Shown in pieces: positions 36,056 to 46,511 of a stretch of 64,000 nt of DNA. The notes under the pieces are model-generated. The model saw nothing but the letters and a program-made list of their open reading frames with translations, had not been told where the DNA came from and did not search any database. This DNA is from Azolla caroliniana. Taxonomy: Eukaryota > Plantae > Polypodiophyta. The stretch's first letter is position 1. The number at the start of each line of letters is the position of its first letter. The DNA lies in assembly GCA_043228905.1 (NCBI GenBank), contig JBHGNT010000017.1:9362001-9426000 (forward strand), in the 5' to 3' direction. A program made the position numbers and the translations under genes.

Positions 36056-38209
36056 GTGAAAGAGGCGGCAGAAGAGCAGAAGATGAGGGGGTCGGATCTC
36101 GCAGAGGCCATGGCTTCGGCCGTGGATCGGATCGTAAACGCGCGCGAGGGTACCGGTGCCCTCGACAGAGCTATTGAGGCGGTCGTCGGCACGATCGGCC
36201 GGTTCGATGGGAGGGATGCCACGAAGTATCTGGCGTCCTACGGTGCAGAAATGTTGATGCGGGACATTCCGGAAGAAAGGCGTCTTGCCGGTTTTCCCCG
36301 AGTGGCAATGCCGAGCATCCATGCGGAGGTGCTCGAGGTGCGGGCGGAGAGCCGTACCTGGGAGGAGTTCGAAGGTCGGCTCCTAGAGAAATACGGGCTG
36401 GACGACGCGCTCCGGCTTTCGAAGCGAAGGTTCATGGAATGGGTGGAGTCCCCGGGGAAGGGAAGAAACGCGTCGGCACTCCTCCGGGAGTTCGAGGAAA
36501 ACTTTGCGCGCCTTTCGGCGCTCGACCGAACCATCCTGGACACGAGCCGGGTCTTGCTGTTTGTCAAGTCGGTCGACGAGCGGGATCGGGAGCAAGTGGG
36601 CCTCTTGCTGGAAACCGAAGACGGGCTCACTACCGACTGGGCGGCTGTCAGGAAGGTCTGTGGCCGTTTCGACAAACGGCGAGAATGGGCGGATAACGGG
36701 GCGACCGGGTCGGGCTCGGTCGCAGCAAGGAAGCTCGAACCAGCGCCACAGGTGCGCAAGGAAGAGACCCGGGAGTGGTTGGAAACCGGTTCGGCTTCGA
36801 CCGGCGTAGTCAGAGGCTCAACCGGAGGAGCGGCGCTGGAGGAATTGACGAAGGCGATAAAGGACTTCCAAATCGCGCAGGCCCGAAGGGAAGGAGGCGA
36901 ACCGGCTCGTGACCGACGGCCGGCGGCAGGAAACAGGTGCATGTGGTGCGATGAAGTCGGCCACGTTCGGAAGGACTGCGGCGACTTCGCGGAGGCGCTG
37001 AGGGACCGGGTGGTGTACCTGTGGGAAGGACGGGTGCATGCCAGCGACACCCGAAGGGCCCTGAGCCGAAACGACGGAAAAGGTGGTATGAAAAGGTTGA
37101 TGGAAGAGGCGGCGGCCCGACACGCGGAAACCGTCCACTACTCGGCGTCGGCCGGCATTCGAGTCGGGGGCGGCGAGGCCCGAAAGGAAAGCAAAGCCGG
37201 ATTCTGGCCGACGATGCTGGAAGGCCTTGCCGGTGCAGGGCTTAAAAGGGAGGAATCGGACCGTGCGGAGAAACGGGTACGGGAGATGACCGGGTGGAGC
37301 GACCCGGTCGAGGAAAGGACGGGCTTCGTGGAAGCCGCTTGCCGGAACTACGAGGCTCTGGTAGAAGAGAAGCGGGTGGGAAAACCCGGGACGACCGGGC
37401 CCTCACAACGATACGAGACCCGGTCCGGGCCACGACGGGACGAAGCCGGCAAGGCCGGTACGCAAGATAAACCCCAGAAGGGCGGGTACCGTCTGGGGAC
37501 GGAGATAGAAAGAACCACGGACTTACGAAAGGTCCTGGAGGAACGGATCCTCGACAGCAAGGTGGAGCTGTCGCTACGGGAGGTGCTTGGAATCGCCAAG
37601 AAGGAGTTCCACGACTCCATCGTGGACTTGGTGAAACGGAAGAGGCTGTCAACGGAGACAGAACCGGAAAGACCGGTGGAAGTGCGGACGACGCACCTAG
37701 ACGACATGGCGCTGGGAGACGAGTGGGCGGAAAGCCACTATTCGAGACCGCACTGGGCCCGAGCGACCACGGAAACCCCGGTGAAGATCGGCGATGTCCA
37801 GGAACCGGTGATAGCTTTGGTGGACCACGGATCGGAGATCAATTTGATGTCCATGGACTTCTATAAGAAGGGCAAATGGCCGATCAACACCAAGCACGGG
37901 TGGAAAATAAGGGCAGCAACGCGCGCCACCGAGGAACTGCACGGGGCCTGTCCGAATGTGCGAGTCAAGATCGGCGACGTCGAGATTGACCAGCACTTCT
38001 TCGTGCAGGAGACGTCTTCGCATCCGGTCATACTGGGAGAGCCGTATATCACGGCGGCGCGAATGGAGACCAAGGTGCTGGACAATGGTTCGGCCTATGC
38101 ACGGGTCAAGAGCCAGGACGGGCGCCATTCGGTCCAGTTTTTGACGGTTAGGCCGAACCACGAGCGTAACCGCGACTCCCTCGGTTCCGATAACCGAGAG
38201 GATTTTTAG
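36056..38209 (+). CDS. Gag-protease (first ATG at 36083)
   Basis: 717-aa ORF; CCHC knuckle; DUF4100-like VELSLREVLGIA region; DHGS protease. Confidence 0.93.
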   Translation: MKEAAEEQKMRGSDLAEAMASAVDRIVNAREGTGALDRAIEAVVGTIGRFDGRDATKYLASYGAEMLMRDIPEERRLAGFPRVAMPSIHAEVLEVRAESRTWEEFEGRLLEKYGLDDALRLSKRRFMEWVESPGKGRNASALLREFEENFARLSALDRTILDTSRVLLFVKSVDERDREQVGLLLETEDGLTTDWAAVRKVCGRFDKRREWADNGATGSGSVAARKLEPAPQVRKEETREWLETGSASTGVVRGSTGGAALEELTKAIKDFQIAQARREGGEPARDRRPAAGNRCMWCDEVGHVRKDCGDFAEALRDRVVYLWEGRVHASDTRRALSRNDGKGGMKRLMEEAAARHAETVHYSASAGIRVGGGEARKESKAGFWPTMLEGLAGAGLKREESDRAEKRVREMTGWSDPVEERTGFVEAACRNYEALVEEKRVGKPGTTGPSQRYETRSGPRRDEAGKAGTQDKPQKGGYRLGTEIERTTDLRKVLEERILDSKVELSLREVLGIAKKEFHDSIVDLVKRKRLSTETEPERPVEVRTTHLDDMALGDEWAESHYSRPHWARATTETPVKIGDVQEPVIALVDHGSEINLMSMDFYKKGKWPINTKHGWKIRAATRATEELHGACPNVRVKIGDVEIDQHFFVQETSSHPVILGEPYITAARMETKVLDNGSAYARVKSQDGRHSVQFLTVRPNHERNRDSLGSDNREDF

Positions 38210-41200
38210 AGAGGGCTGCCAAGGCGTGGGGCCGCGACAGTCCGGACACCCCGGGAAAACCCCACACCTGTACGATAAAACCGAAGAAACCTTGTACCAC
38301 AGGTAGGGAATTTCTGTTCTCCGACAGCGGAGCGTGTACGATAGTCGGCATCGGCGGCCGAGAGAAGACAAAGGCGGAGGGGAGACTTCGAGCGTGCGGA
38401 GTTCTCGGCCCGGACGAGGAAATCAACGGGGCCGTGGAGGCGGTCTCACTCGACGACACCTTGGGAATGCTGGGAAAGGTAGTCGAAGAAGGCCTTAACG
38501 AAGACCGGACGATACCGGTGTGTTCCGAGGAGATGTACGAAGTCATCGCGGACTTCGGTCGAGGGCTCGAGTCGGTTCGGACGGCCCACGTGAACACCAA
38601 GTACAAGACTGTGGACCGGAAGGTAAGGCCAGTAGCGGCACCCTTACCGGAGGACAGCGCGTCGAGAATCAAAGGGGTTGCATCAGACCCTAGTCTACGA
38701 GATCCGGCCTGCATAGGGCACACTTTCACTGACGAGACGCTCCGAGAGCTCAAAATCGGTGGGGGCGGGTTCCTACTGCCGGCGGAGGAAGACCGGTTTC
38801 GGAGAATGCTCGGAAGGCACGGGAAAGCCTTCGCATTCTCGCCGGAGGAAATCGGGTGCGTTGACCCGACGATCGTGGAGCCGATGGTGATATTCACGGT
38901 ACCGCATGTACCATGGAATCTCAAGCCAATCCCGGTTCCGAGAGCTCACATCCCGAAGTTGATGGAGCTGCTGAGGCAGAAAGTTGATATGGGAATTCTC
39001 GAGCCGTCGAGCGCCCCATATTCGAATCGATGGTTTACCGTACCGAAGAAAAACGGTTCGCTGCGCTTCATCCAGGACCTGCAGCCGGTCAATCGAGTGA
39101 CCATTCGGAACGCAGGAATCGGACCGACCATAGACGAGTTCGCGGAGGCCTTCGCCGGAAGGTCAATTTATTCGGTCGGGGATCTATACTCAGGGTACGA
39201 CCAGTTCCAGCTGGCCGTGGAGAGCAGAGACATTACGACGATGCGAACTCCCCTCGGCCTAGTTCGGATGTGTACACTGCCGCAAGGAGGGACCAACTCG
39301 GTGGCCCACATGGTGAATGCGATGAACAAGGTTCTGAGGGACTGTATCCCGGACATCACCATGCCGTTTCTGGACGACATCCCGATCAAGGGATGCCCGG
39401 TGGAAGAAAAGGACGAGACGATCGGGCCGGACGGATGCCGGCGATTCGTGGCGACGCACATCGACGACTGCGAGAAGGTGCTGCAAAGGCTAGAGGATGC
39501 GAGACTCACCTTCTCCGGGGAGAAGTCGGCCTTCGGGCAGTCAGAAATCATGGTGGTCGGACACCTGTGCGGACCATATGGCCGGAAACCGTCTCCGGCA
39601 AAGGTAGAAGCCATCTCCGCGATGAAGCCCGACTGCAGCTCGGTCACGGAAGTACGGAGATTCCTGGGGGCATGCGCGTTCTACCACATGTGGATCCCGC
39701 ATTACGCACACGTCGCGGAGCCACTGTACGGGTTGCTGAAAAAGGGGCGAAGGTTCGAATGGCTAGACGAGCACGCGGAATCGGTCCGGAAGCTGAAAGA
39801 GGCCCTTGCAGCGGCACCGGCACTCCGGAAGGCGGTATACGGGAAGGGTACCCCGGTATTCATAACGGTGGATACCAGTCCGACCGGGATCGGATGGGTC
39901 GTGAACCAGGAAGACGAGGACGGCAATCGGTTTCCGATCCGATTCGGCGCGAAGGTCCTCAGTGAACGGCAGCGAGGATACGCCCAGGTTAAACGCGAAC
40001 TCTGGGGTATTGTTTCGGCGGTTAAGGCCGACAAAGACTACCTGATAGGGACAGAAGTGATCATCGAGACGGATTGCCTGCCGATTCTCGGAATGGTTTC
40101 CGGATGCGCGACTCCGGACCTGGCGATGCTCAGGTGGATAGCGTACATCAAGTCCCTGGACCCGGAAATACGACACCTTTTCGGGAAAGACAACGCCATG
40201 GCCGACATGCTTTCGAGGGCGAGGTTCGACGACGAGGGCGGCATGGTTTCGGAAGACGAAGAAGTCGGCGTGGATTTCTTCGAGGCGGCATACATAACGA
40301 CCGACGGGATGAGCACTCCGGCGCTTAACGAGTTCGACGCGAGCAAGTACGACGGGGAGTGGCTGCAGATCGGCGGGTTTTTGAAGACAATGACGCCCGA
40401 TGCGTCATGGACGAAGGACGAGGCCAACCGGATCCGGAAGAAAGCGTATCGATTCTTTCTCCGAGATGGGCATCTATGGAAGCACCCGAAGAAGAGGGAC
40501 GGCGTCCCGCTCCGGGTGGTGGCGATGAAGGAAGTACAGGAGGAGCTACTGGCGGCCTACCACGACAGCCCTTGGGCTGGACACCGTGGAACGTGGGCGA
40601 CGTTTGAGAAGCTGAAGGGGAAGTACTGGTGGCCGGGATTGTACCGGGACGTGCATCGGTTCGTGTCAACTTGCGAGAGTTGTCAGATGCACTCGATAGT
40701 CCGACACCGGGACGGGCTTCACCCTACGTACCCTCCGACTATCCACTTCAAATGGATGGTAGATCTGGTGACGATGCCGATGGGGGTAGGACAGATGCGG
40801 TATCTGGTCCTAGCGCGGGAAGACCTGACGAACCAGGTGGAAGGCCGAGCCCTTCAGAACAAGACGACCGCGGCCGTGTGTCGGTTCCTAGTCGAGGACG
40901 TGATATGCCGGTACGGGTGCGTCGGGAAGATCGTGGCTGACCGAGGGGAGTTGGACGCCGAAGAGGCCGCGGAGCTGTTCGACCGGCTTGGGGTCAAGCT
41001 CTCGCTCACCACTGCGTACAATCCGGAGGCGAATGGAAAGGTGGAGCGCGGACACGGACCGATCGTCAAGGCATTGATTCGGGCATGCGGAGGCCGAGTC
41101 GGTAACTGGCCGCAGCTGCTACCTTATGCTTTGTGGGCAGACCGGACCACGCACAGTTCGGTAACCGGGTACATGCCGACGGAGCTCATGTTCGGCCAGA

Positions 41201-41697
41201 AGCCGATCATGCCGATTGAACGGACGATCTCCTCGTGGGCAACGGTCGACTGGAGGGACGAGATGAGCCGGGAGGAGTTGTTGACCGCACGTATACGACA
41301 GCTCGAGCGGAGACCGGAGGACGTGGCACTGGCTACGGAGAAGCTCCGGGTGGCGAGGACAAAGAACAAAGCCCGGTTTGACCGAACGCACCGGCTACGA
41401 CCGAAGAGAATCGACGAAGGTGACTGGGTGCTCGTCTACGACAGCAGCCTCGACAACCAGCACCGAGCAACAAGGAAGTTCGCACGGAGATGGTTCGGGC
41501 CGTACACGGTACAGAGCGCCAACGACAACGGGACGTATCATCTGGCGGAACTCGACGGTACGAGAATAGCGATACCCGTGGCCGGGAAGAGGATCAAAGC
41601 TTTCAAGAAGCGGCACGACGACGAACCCGACCCGATTCTCCTGGACAGCAGCGACGACCGACCTGAGGCCGAGGAAGGGCCGGCAGGCGAAGAGTAA
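38200..41697 (+). CDS. Pol (RT-RH-INT) in the -1 frame, probably entered by ribosomal frameshift at GGATTTT
   Basis: The -1 frame is open from 38194 to 41697; RT, RH and INT motifs intact; no chromodomain. Confidence 0.92.
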   Translation, partial: GFLERAAKAWGRDSPDTPGKPHTCTIKPKKPCTTGREFLFSDSGACTIVGIGGREKTKAEGRLRACGVLGPDEEINGAVEAVSLDDTLGMLGKVVEEGLNEDRTIPVCSEEMYEVIADFGRGLESVRTAHVNTKYKTVDRKVRPVAAPLPEDSASRIKGVASDPSLRDPACIGHTFTDETLRELKIGGGGFLLPAEEDRFRRMLGRHGKAFAFSPEEIGCVDPTIVEPMVIFTVPHVPWNLKPIPVPRAHIPKLMELLRQKVDMGILEPSSAPYSNRWFTVPKKNGSLRFIQDLQPVNRVTIRNAGIGPTIDEFAEAFAGRSIYSVGDLYSGYDQFQLAVESRDITTMRTPLGLVRMCTLPQGGTNSVAHMVNAMNKVLRDCIPDITMPFLDDIPIKGCPVEEKDETIGPDGCRRFVATHIDDCEKVLQRLEDARLTFSGEKSAFGQSEIMVVGHLCGPYGRKPSPAKVEAISAMKPDCSSVTEVRRFLGACAFYHMWIPHYAHVAEPLYGLLKKGRRFEWLDEHAESVRKLKEALAAAPALRKAVYGKGTPVFITVDTSPTGIGWVVNQEDEDGNRFPIRFGAKVLSERQRGYAQVKRELWGIVSAVKADKDYLIGTEVIIETDCLPILGMVSGCATPDLAMLRWIAYIKSLDPEIRHLFGKDNAMADMLSRARFDDEGGMVSEDEEVGVDFFEAAYITTDGMSTPALNEFDASKYDGEWLQIGGFLKTMTPDASWTKDEANRIRKKAYRFFLRDGHLWKHPKKRDGVPLRVVAMKEVQEELLAAYHDSPWAGHRGTWATFEKLKGKYWWPGLYRDVHRFVSTCESCQMHSIVRHRDGLHPTYPPTIHFKWMVDLVTMPMGVGQMRYLVLAREDLTNQVEGRALQNKTTAAVCRFLVEDVICRYGCVGKIVADRGELDAEEAAELFDRLGVKLSLTTAYNPEANGKVERGHGPIVKALIRACGGRVGNWPQLLPYALWADRTTHSSVTGYMPTELMFGQKPIMPIERTISSWATVDWRDEMSREELLTARIRQLERRPEDVALATEKLRVARTKNKARFDRTHRLRPKRIDEGDWVLVYDSSLDNQHRATRKFARRWFGPYTVQSANDNGTYHLAELDGTRIAIPVAGKRIKAFKKRHDDEPDPILLDSSDDRPEAEEGPAGEE

Positions 41698-43616
41698 AGG
41701 CGGGCCGGTTTTCTCCGTGCCAACTTAATTTGGCGCATGCCGGTGGATGCGCGGTTAGGTGGGGGCGGATGTCGTGAAGAAAACCGCCCACAAGAGGAAT
41801 CGGAGGACAAGGCGTGGGAAACGACTCTACACACACGCGCGCCAAGAAGTACCTAAGGACGAAGTAGGTACATACGAGGATCCTAGGTGGGTAGATTCGG
41901 TTGGTATGCAGTTAATGCCAAACGGCCTCTTGACGGGCTATAAAAGGAAGAGGAAGAATAGAAGTGGGCATCTCCCGCGGAGAGGACGAAGTGCTGCCGA
42001 ACCGATTTCGGAGCTTCTCTCTCTCTCCCGCTCTCTCTGTCTTCTGCTCCATCGCGTACCTGTGCAGGTTTCGAGGAGGCTTGCGCTGTTCCGTGGAACG
42101 CCCGAGTGCGTCCTGCAGCACCTCCGACCTGTTTCCCCTTTCTGTGCGTCGCGACATACAGGGGTCGGCATCTGTTCGCCGCCCTGTTCGTTTTCGTTAG
42201 TATCTATTTCGTGCCCCACTGAGGGTTGTAGTACTTTAGTCTGTTATTTTCTTGCATTCATAAGTACATATCTTTCGTTGTTGCGTCCATCTGCGTCGGC
42301 GTTTATTTGTGTTCTCTGTTTGTTGGGCCGTGTCCCTGTGTAATCGTCGGTTCTGCGCAATCGGAACTTCGGTTCTGTGTAATCGGGGTCTCTCTCTCTT
42401 ATCTCTCTCTCTCTTGTTCTTCGGTTCAAGACCCCCGTGGTCCCTCCTCCTTTCTACACGCAAGGGCGTAGCAACCCTGACAACGGCCAATCAAGATCAG
42501 GCTTAGTAGACCAGTTCAACAAGCGCCGGACCCCTTGGCAGCGAAAATCAACATCGGGACTCAGGAGGAGGAAGCAGAGGAGGAACCGTTAGAGCACCTC
42601 CAGCGGCGCCAAAAGGCAAGCACCTCCGAACATGCCGGGGAGTGTTCGGACCCAAAGAAGGATGGAATGCCTGTACCCCCCACTGAGCAGCCCGCACCAA
42701 GGATGGAATCGGAACTGGTTCGGACAGAACCGGTCATAGAGCTCCCTCCACAACAACCTCTACCGGCGGGTCAAGATACGGCAAGAACCGAAATGCAAGC
42801 GTTGGAAATATAGTTGCCTACCCCACCGGCAGGCCAAGAGCATTCAGAGGCGGAGCGGCCAACGGAGCCACAACCAGAATGACAAAGTGGTCACCAACAA
42901 GAGCTAGAGTTGTAGCTTGACGCAACCAGACAAATCTGACCATTGGCCAGTGACACCAACAGCCAACCCTCCGGGCAGACGCAACAACAGGGCACCGGCA
43001 GCCAATGGCTCCGGTGGATTGGAGAACAGATTGCCGGAGTGGTACACTACATAGAGGCGGAAGAGAAAGCGCAGATGGACCGGTTGCTCGTCACAATTGA
43101 AGAACTAGAGACGGCCCGATCAAGGATCCGGAGCCTAGAACAAGACTTGGACTTGGCCACAGAAGAATTGGCCAAAATGGCCTTAACCGGACCACAACTC
43201 CAAGCACCGGTGACTCCGGTAGATGTACATAATAAAGAAGAATCGGCACCTGTACATAGCAATAAGACCCCGGAGACGGAACCAGTCCTGGAGATAGTGG
43301 CGGCGCAAGCAAAAGAGCTTGCTGAATTAAGAGATGAACTGGCCGCACAGGAAGCATTACGCACCCGAGAGCGGGACTTGAAGAAAGTGGCAGAAGAAGA
43401 GCAACGAAAGACTGTTGAGAACCTCCACCGGGCAGAAGAGAATCTACGGAAAGGGCATCAAGCCTATGACCGGCTGAAGGAGGAGAAAGAGAAGGTGCTG
43501 CAAGAAAAGGAGAAGCTGCGACGGATGGTGGAAACAGAGATCGAAAGGCTAAAAGAAGAACTCTGTCAGTAGAAGGATCGGGAAGACCGCGCTCGCCGAC
43601 AACTCAACCAAAAGCT

Positions 43617-44933
43617 TATTGAGCCCGTCATGACCACGAAATGGGGAAGAACAATTGAAGGCACCCCGAAAACAGCCTCGAAATGGCAACAACTGTTGGC
43701 TTCTAAGGCAACCAAAGGGAAGGCGGCCGACACGGACTAGGTGGCAAAGGAGCGCGCCAATAGGAAGCGACAGGCGGAAACGCAGGAGGAGCCACCGGTA
43801 CGGCCAATCAAGATCAGGCTTAGCAGACCAGTTCAACAAGCGCCGGACCCCTTGGCAGCGAAAATCAACATCGGGACTCAGGAGGAGGAAGCAGAGGAGG
43901 AACCGTTAGAGCACCTCCAGCGGCGCCAAAAGGCAAGCACCTCCGAACATGCCGGGGAGTGTTCGGACCCAAAGAAGGATGGAATGCCTGTACCCCCCAC
44001 TGAGCAGGCCGCACCAAGGATGGAACCGGAACCGGTTCGGACAGAACCGGTCATAGAGCTCCCTCCACAACAACCTCTACCGGCGGGTCAAGATACGGCA
44101 AGAACCGAAATGCAAGCGTTGGAAATATAGTTGCCTACCCCACCGGCAGGCCAAGAGCATTCAGAGGCGGAGCGGCCAACGGAGCCACAACCAGAATGAC
44201 AAAGTGGTCACCAACAAGAGCTAGAGTTGTAGCTTGACGCAACCAGACAAAACTGACCATTGGCCAGTGACACCAACAGCCAACCCTCCGGGCAGACGCA
44301 ACAACAGGGCACCGGCAGCCAATGGCTCCGGTGGATTGGAGAACAGATTGCCGGAGTGGTACACTACATAGAGGCGGAAGAGAAAGCGCAGATGGACCGG
44401 TTGCTCGTCACAATCGAAGAACTAGAGACGGCCCGATCAAGGATCCGGAGCCTAGAACAAGACTTGGACTTGGCCACAGAAGAGTTGGCCAAAATGGCCT
44501 TAACCGGACCACAACTCCAAGCACCGGTGACTCCGGTAGATGTACATAATAAAGAAGAATCGGCACCTGTACATAGCAATAAGACCCCGGAGACGGAACC
44601 AGTCCTGGAGATAGTGGCGGCGCAAGCAAAAGAGCTTGCTGAATTAAGAGATGAACTGGCCGCATAGGAAGCATTACGCACCCGAGAGCGGGACTTGAAG
44701 AAAGTGGCAGAAGAAGAGCAACGAAAGACTATTGAGAACCTCCACCGGGCAGAAGAGAATCTACGGAAAGGGCATCAAGCCTATGACCGGCTGAAGGAGG
44801 AGAAAGAGAAGGTGCTGCAAGAAAAGGAGAAGCTGCGACGGATGGTGGAAACAGAGATCGAAAGGCTAAAAGAAGAACTCTGTCAGTAGAAGGATCGGGA
44901 AGACCGCGCTCGCCGACAACTCAACCAAAAGCT
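43617..44933 (+). repeat. 1317-bp tandem duplication of 35140-35326 plus 42487-43616
   Basis: Near-identical duplicated ORFs offset by 1317 nt (42943 vs 44260); junction AAAAGCT|TATTGAGCCC. Confidence 0.95.
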
Positions 44934-45923
44934 GAAGCAGAAGACCGATGATTTTGAGCACCTACACTGGGACTACAAGCACCTGGATACAGAGCATAAG
45001 AAACAACAAGAGAAGATGGCAGAGCTCCGGCAGGAGGTGCATCGAGTTGAGATGGCGCTGGCGGAGGAACGGGCAGAAAGAACCACGCTGCTGGAGGAAG
45101 CCGCGCAAGAATGAATGGAGCTGCATAAGCAGCATTATGAAGAGAAGGAAAGAGCGACAATGGTATTGCAAAGACTACAGAACACCAATCAAACCCAATT
45201 GTCACATTACTGGGAGCAGGAGGTGGATACGGTGGCATTGATCAAGCAGTTGAAGGACGAACAACAAGCCGCGGAGGACAAATCGAAGATGGGATTGGAG
45301 CGGATCCAGTTCATTGTCCAGGCATGGAGGAACAAGACCAAATGCTTCATTGACGAAAGCTCTGCATAATGGTGGGACAAATGGGCAAAGCACACAACCG
45401 AGCTCCAGTTGCTACGGGCGGACGCAGAAAACCGGCAGAAGGATGGCGACGACTGCTACATGCTAACAAAGGAGGACTTCACCGCCGTAAGAGATGAGTT
45501 AGCTGTGGACTTTGTAACTCTGGCGGAGGAACAGGCAGCAGTGATCCGACAACTTGTAGTGCAGCTAGATGATGATCAACTGGACGCTCAAATACAGTTT
45601 GAGAGCTATGAGCGAACCAGGCTACGGAGAGAAGAAGCAAAGCAGGCGGCGACCATCAACCTCAGCGATGAGGAGCCATCACCGGAGCAAGGACCGGACG
45701 GAGACAAGGCCGGGGCGAGGCAACCGGAGTCAAATCCGGCGGAGCAGCTAACGGAGGAATCACCACCACAACTGCCGGTACCAGGAGCCGAACAGATGCC
45801 ATCTAAGGAGCAACAGTCGAAGGAGCCGGAGCCACAACAGCAGCAACAACAATAACAGAGTTCCGAACAACCGGAAATGGATCGTATCGGCGAGACATCC
45901 CATGCTGGAGTGAAGGGGGAGTT

Positions 45924-46511
45924 TGTTGGGAAACCAGGCCCTCCAGATGGGATCCGGATGAGAACCGATCGAACTAGCTCAGACGAGTTCTTGGACGAAT
46001 ATCCGGAAACCGGATCGGATGGACCCAGAAGGGGTCCGGTTGGATCTAGTATGAATCGGAAGAGAGAGACAAATATGTAAATATGTTTCTTAGGGGCCAT
46101 TGAGGCCACATTTGTAAATAACTCATAAGTTTTATGAGTATAAATATAACTAGGGTAAATGTGTTGTTTATCGTGAGATAGAGTTATTGTTGTGTCGTTG
46201 TACAGAGACAAAGAGAGAGAGAGAGAGAGAGAGATAAAGAAAGCATTTCTGTTGTAACCGCTGGTTGCGGAAGACAGAGCTCGAGGTCGTTGCCTCAGAG
46301 TCTCACATTGTAATACCTCTCCTCATAGTGATCCTATTCGGAGTTCAGTGAGCTCCCGTGGTTTTCCCCGATTAGGGTTTCCACGTTAATATCCTACGTC
46401 GTCTTGTTTTGAGTGTGTAAGTGCATTCATCCTTATTTTATTTCAGTTTCTTCCACTGAGTGATTAAGACTTGGTTGTGGCCGAGCACTATTTGCAACAT
46501 CTATCCTTCCA
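45924..46511 (+). repeat. Copia-type 3' LTR
   Basis: Follows PPT GAAGGGGGAG; shares blocks with Copia 3 LTR (TGTTGTAACCGC..., GAGGTCGTTGCCTC, TAGGGTTT..CCACGT, TAAGACT.GGTTGTGGC); TATAAAT at 46139. Confidence 0.85.

Larger units (their letters stand above)
35327..42482 (+). mobile_element. Trp-primed Gypsy copy 2, apparently intact
   Basis: 713-bp LTRs 35327-36039 and 41770-42482; 4-bp TSD ACGG (empty site preserved at ~43800); PBS 36043-36060; both ORFs open. Confidence 0.97.
34826..45855 (+). pseudogene. Long 3' accessory ORF relic (KVDWAVLIADGL domain, P/E-rich linker, coiled coil, conserved RADxENRxKDG domain), split by an insertion and a duplication
   Basis: ORF pieces 35015, 42535, 42943, 43741, 44260, 44695, 45115 and 45409 are largely colinear, broken by premature stops. 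Confidence 0.7.
32568..46511 (+). mobile_element. Element B: pol-less Gypsy gag plus coiled-coil 3' ORF, terminated by Copia-type PPT and LTR (chimeric, non-autonomous)
   Basis: Gag relic 32886-34825; 3' ORF relic to 45855; Copia pol tail and PPT 45879-45923; LTR 45924-46511; no 5' LTR visible. Confidence 0.65.

Noticed and set aside
36238-41845. Numerous antisense and alternate-frame ORFs over the GC-rich Gypsy copies
   Set aside because: Expected shadow ORFs in GC-rich coding DNA; no recognisable motifs.
42943-45855. Host coiled-coil gene (myosin/SMC-like)
   Set aside because: No introns, many premature stops, fused to gag, and a homolog lies downstream of a Gypsy integrase; better explained as a retroelement accessory ORF.
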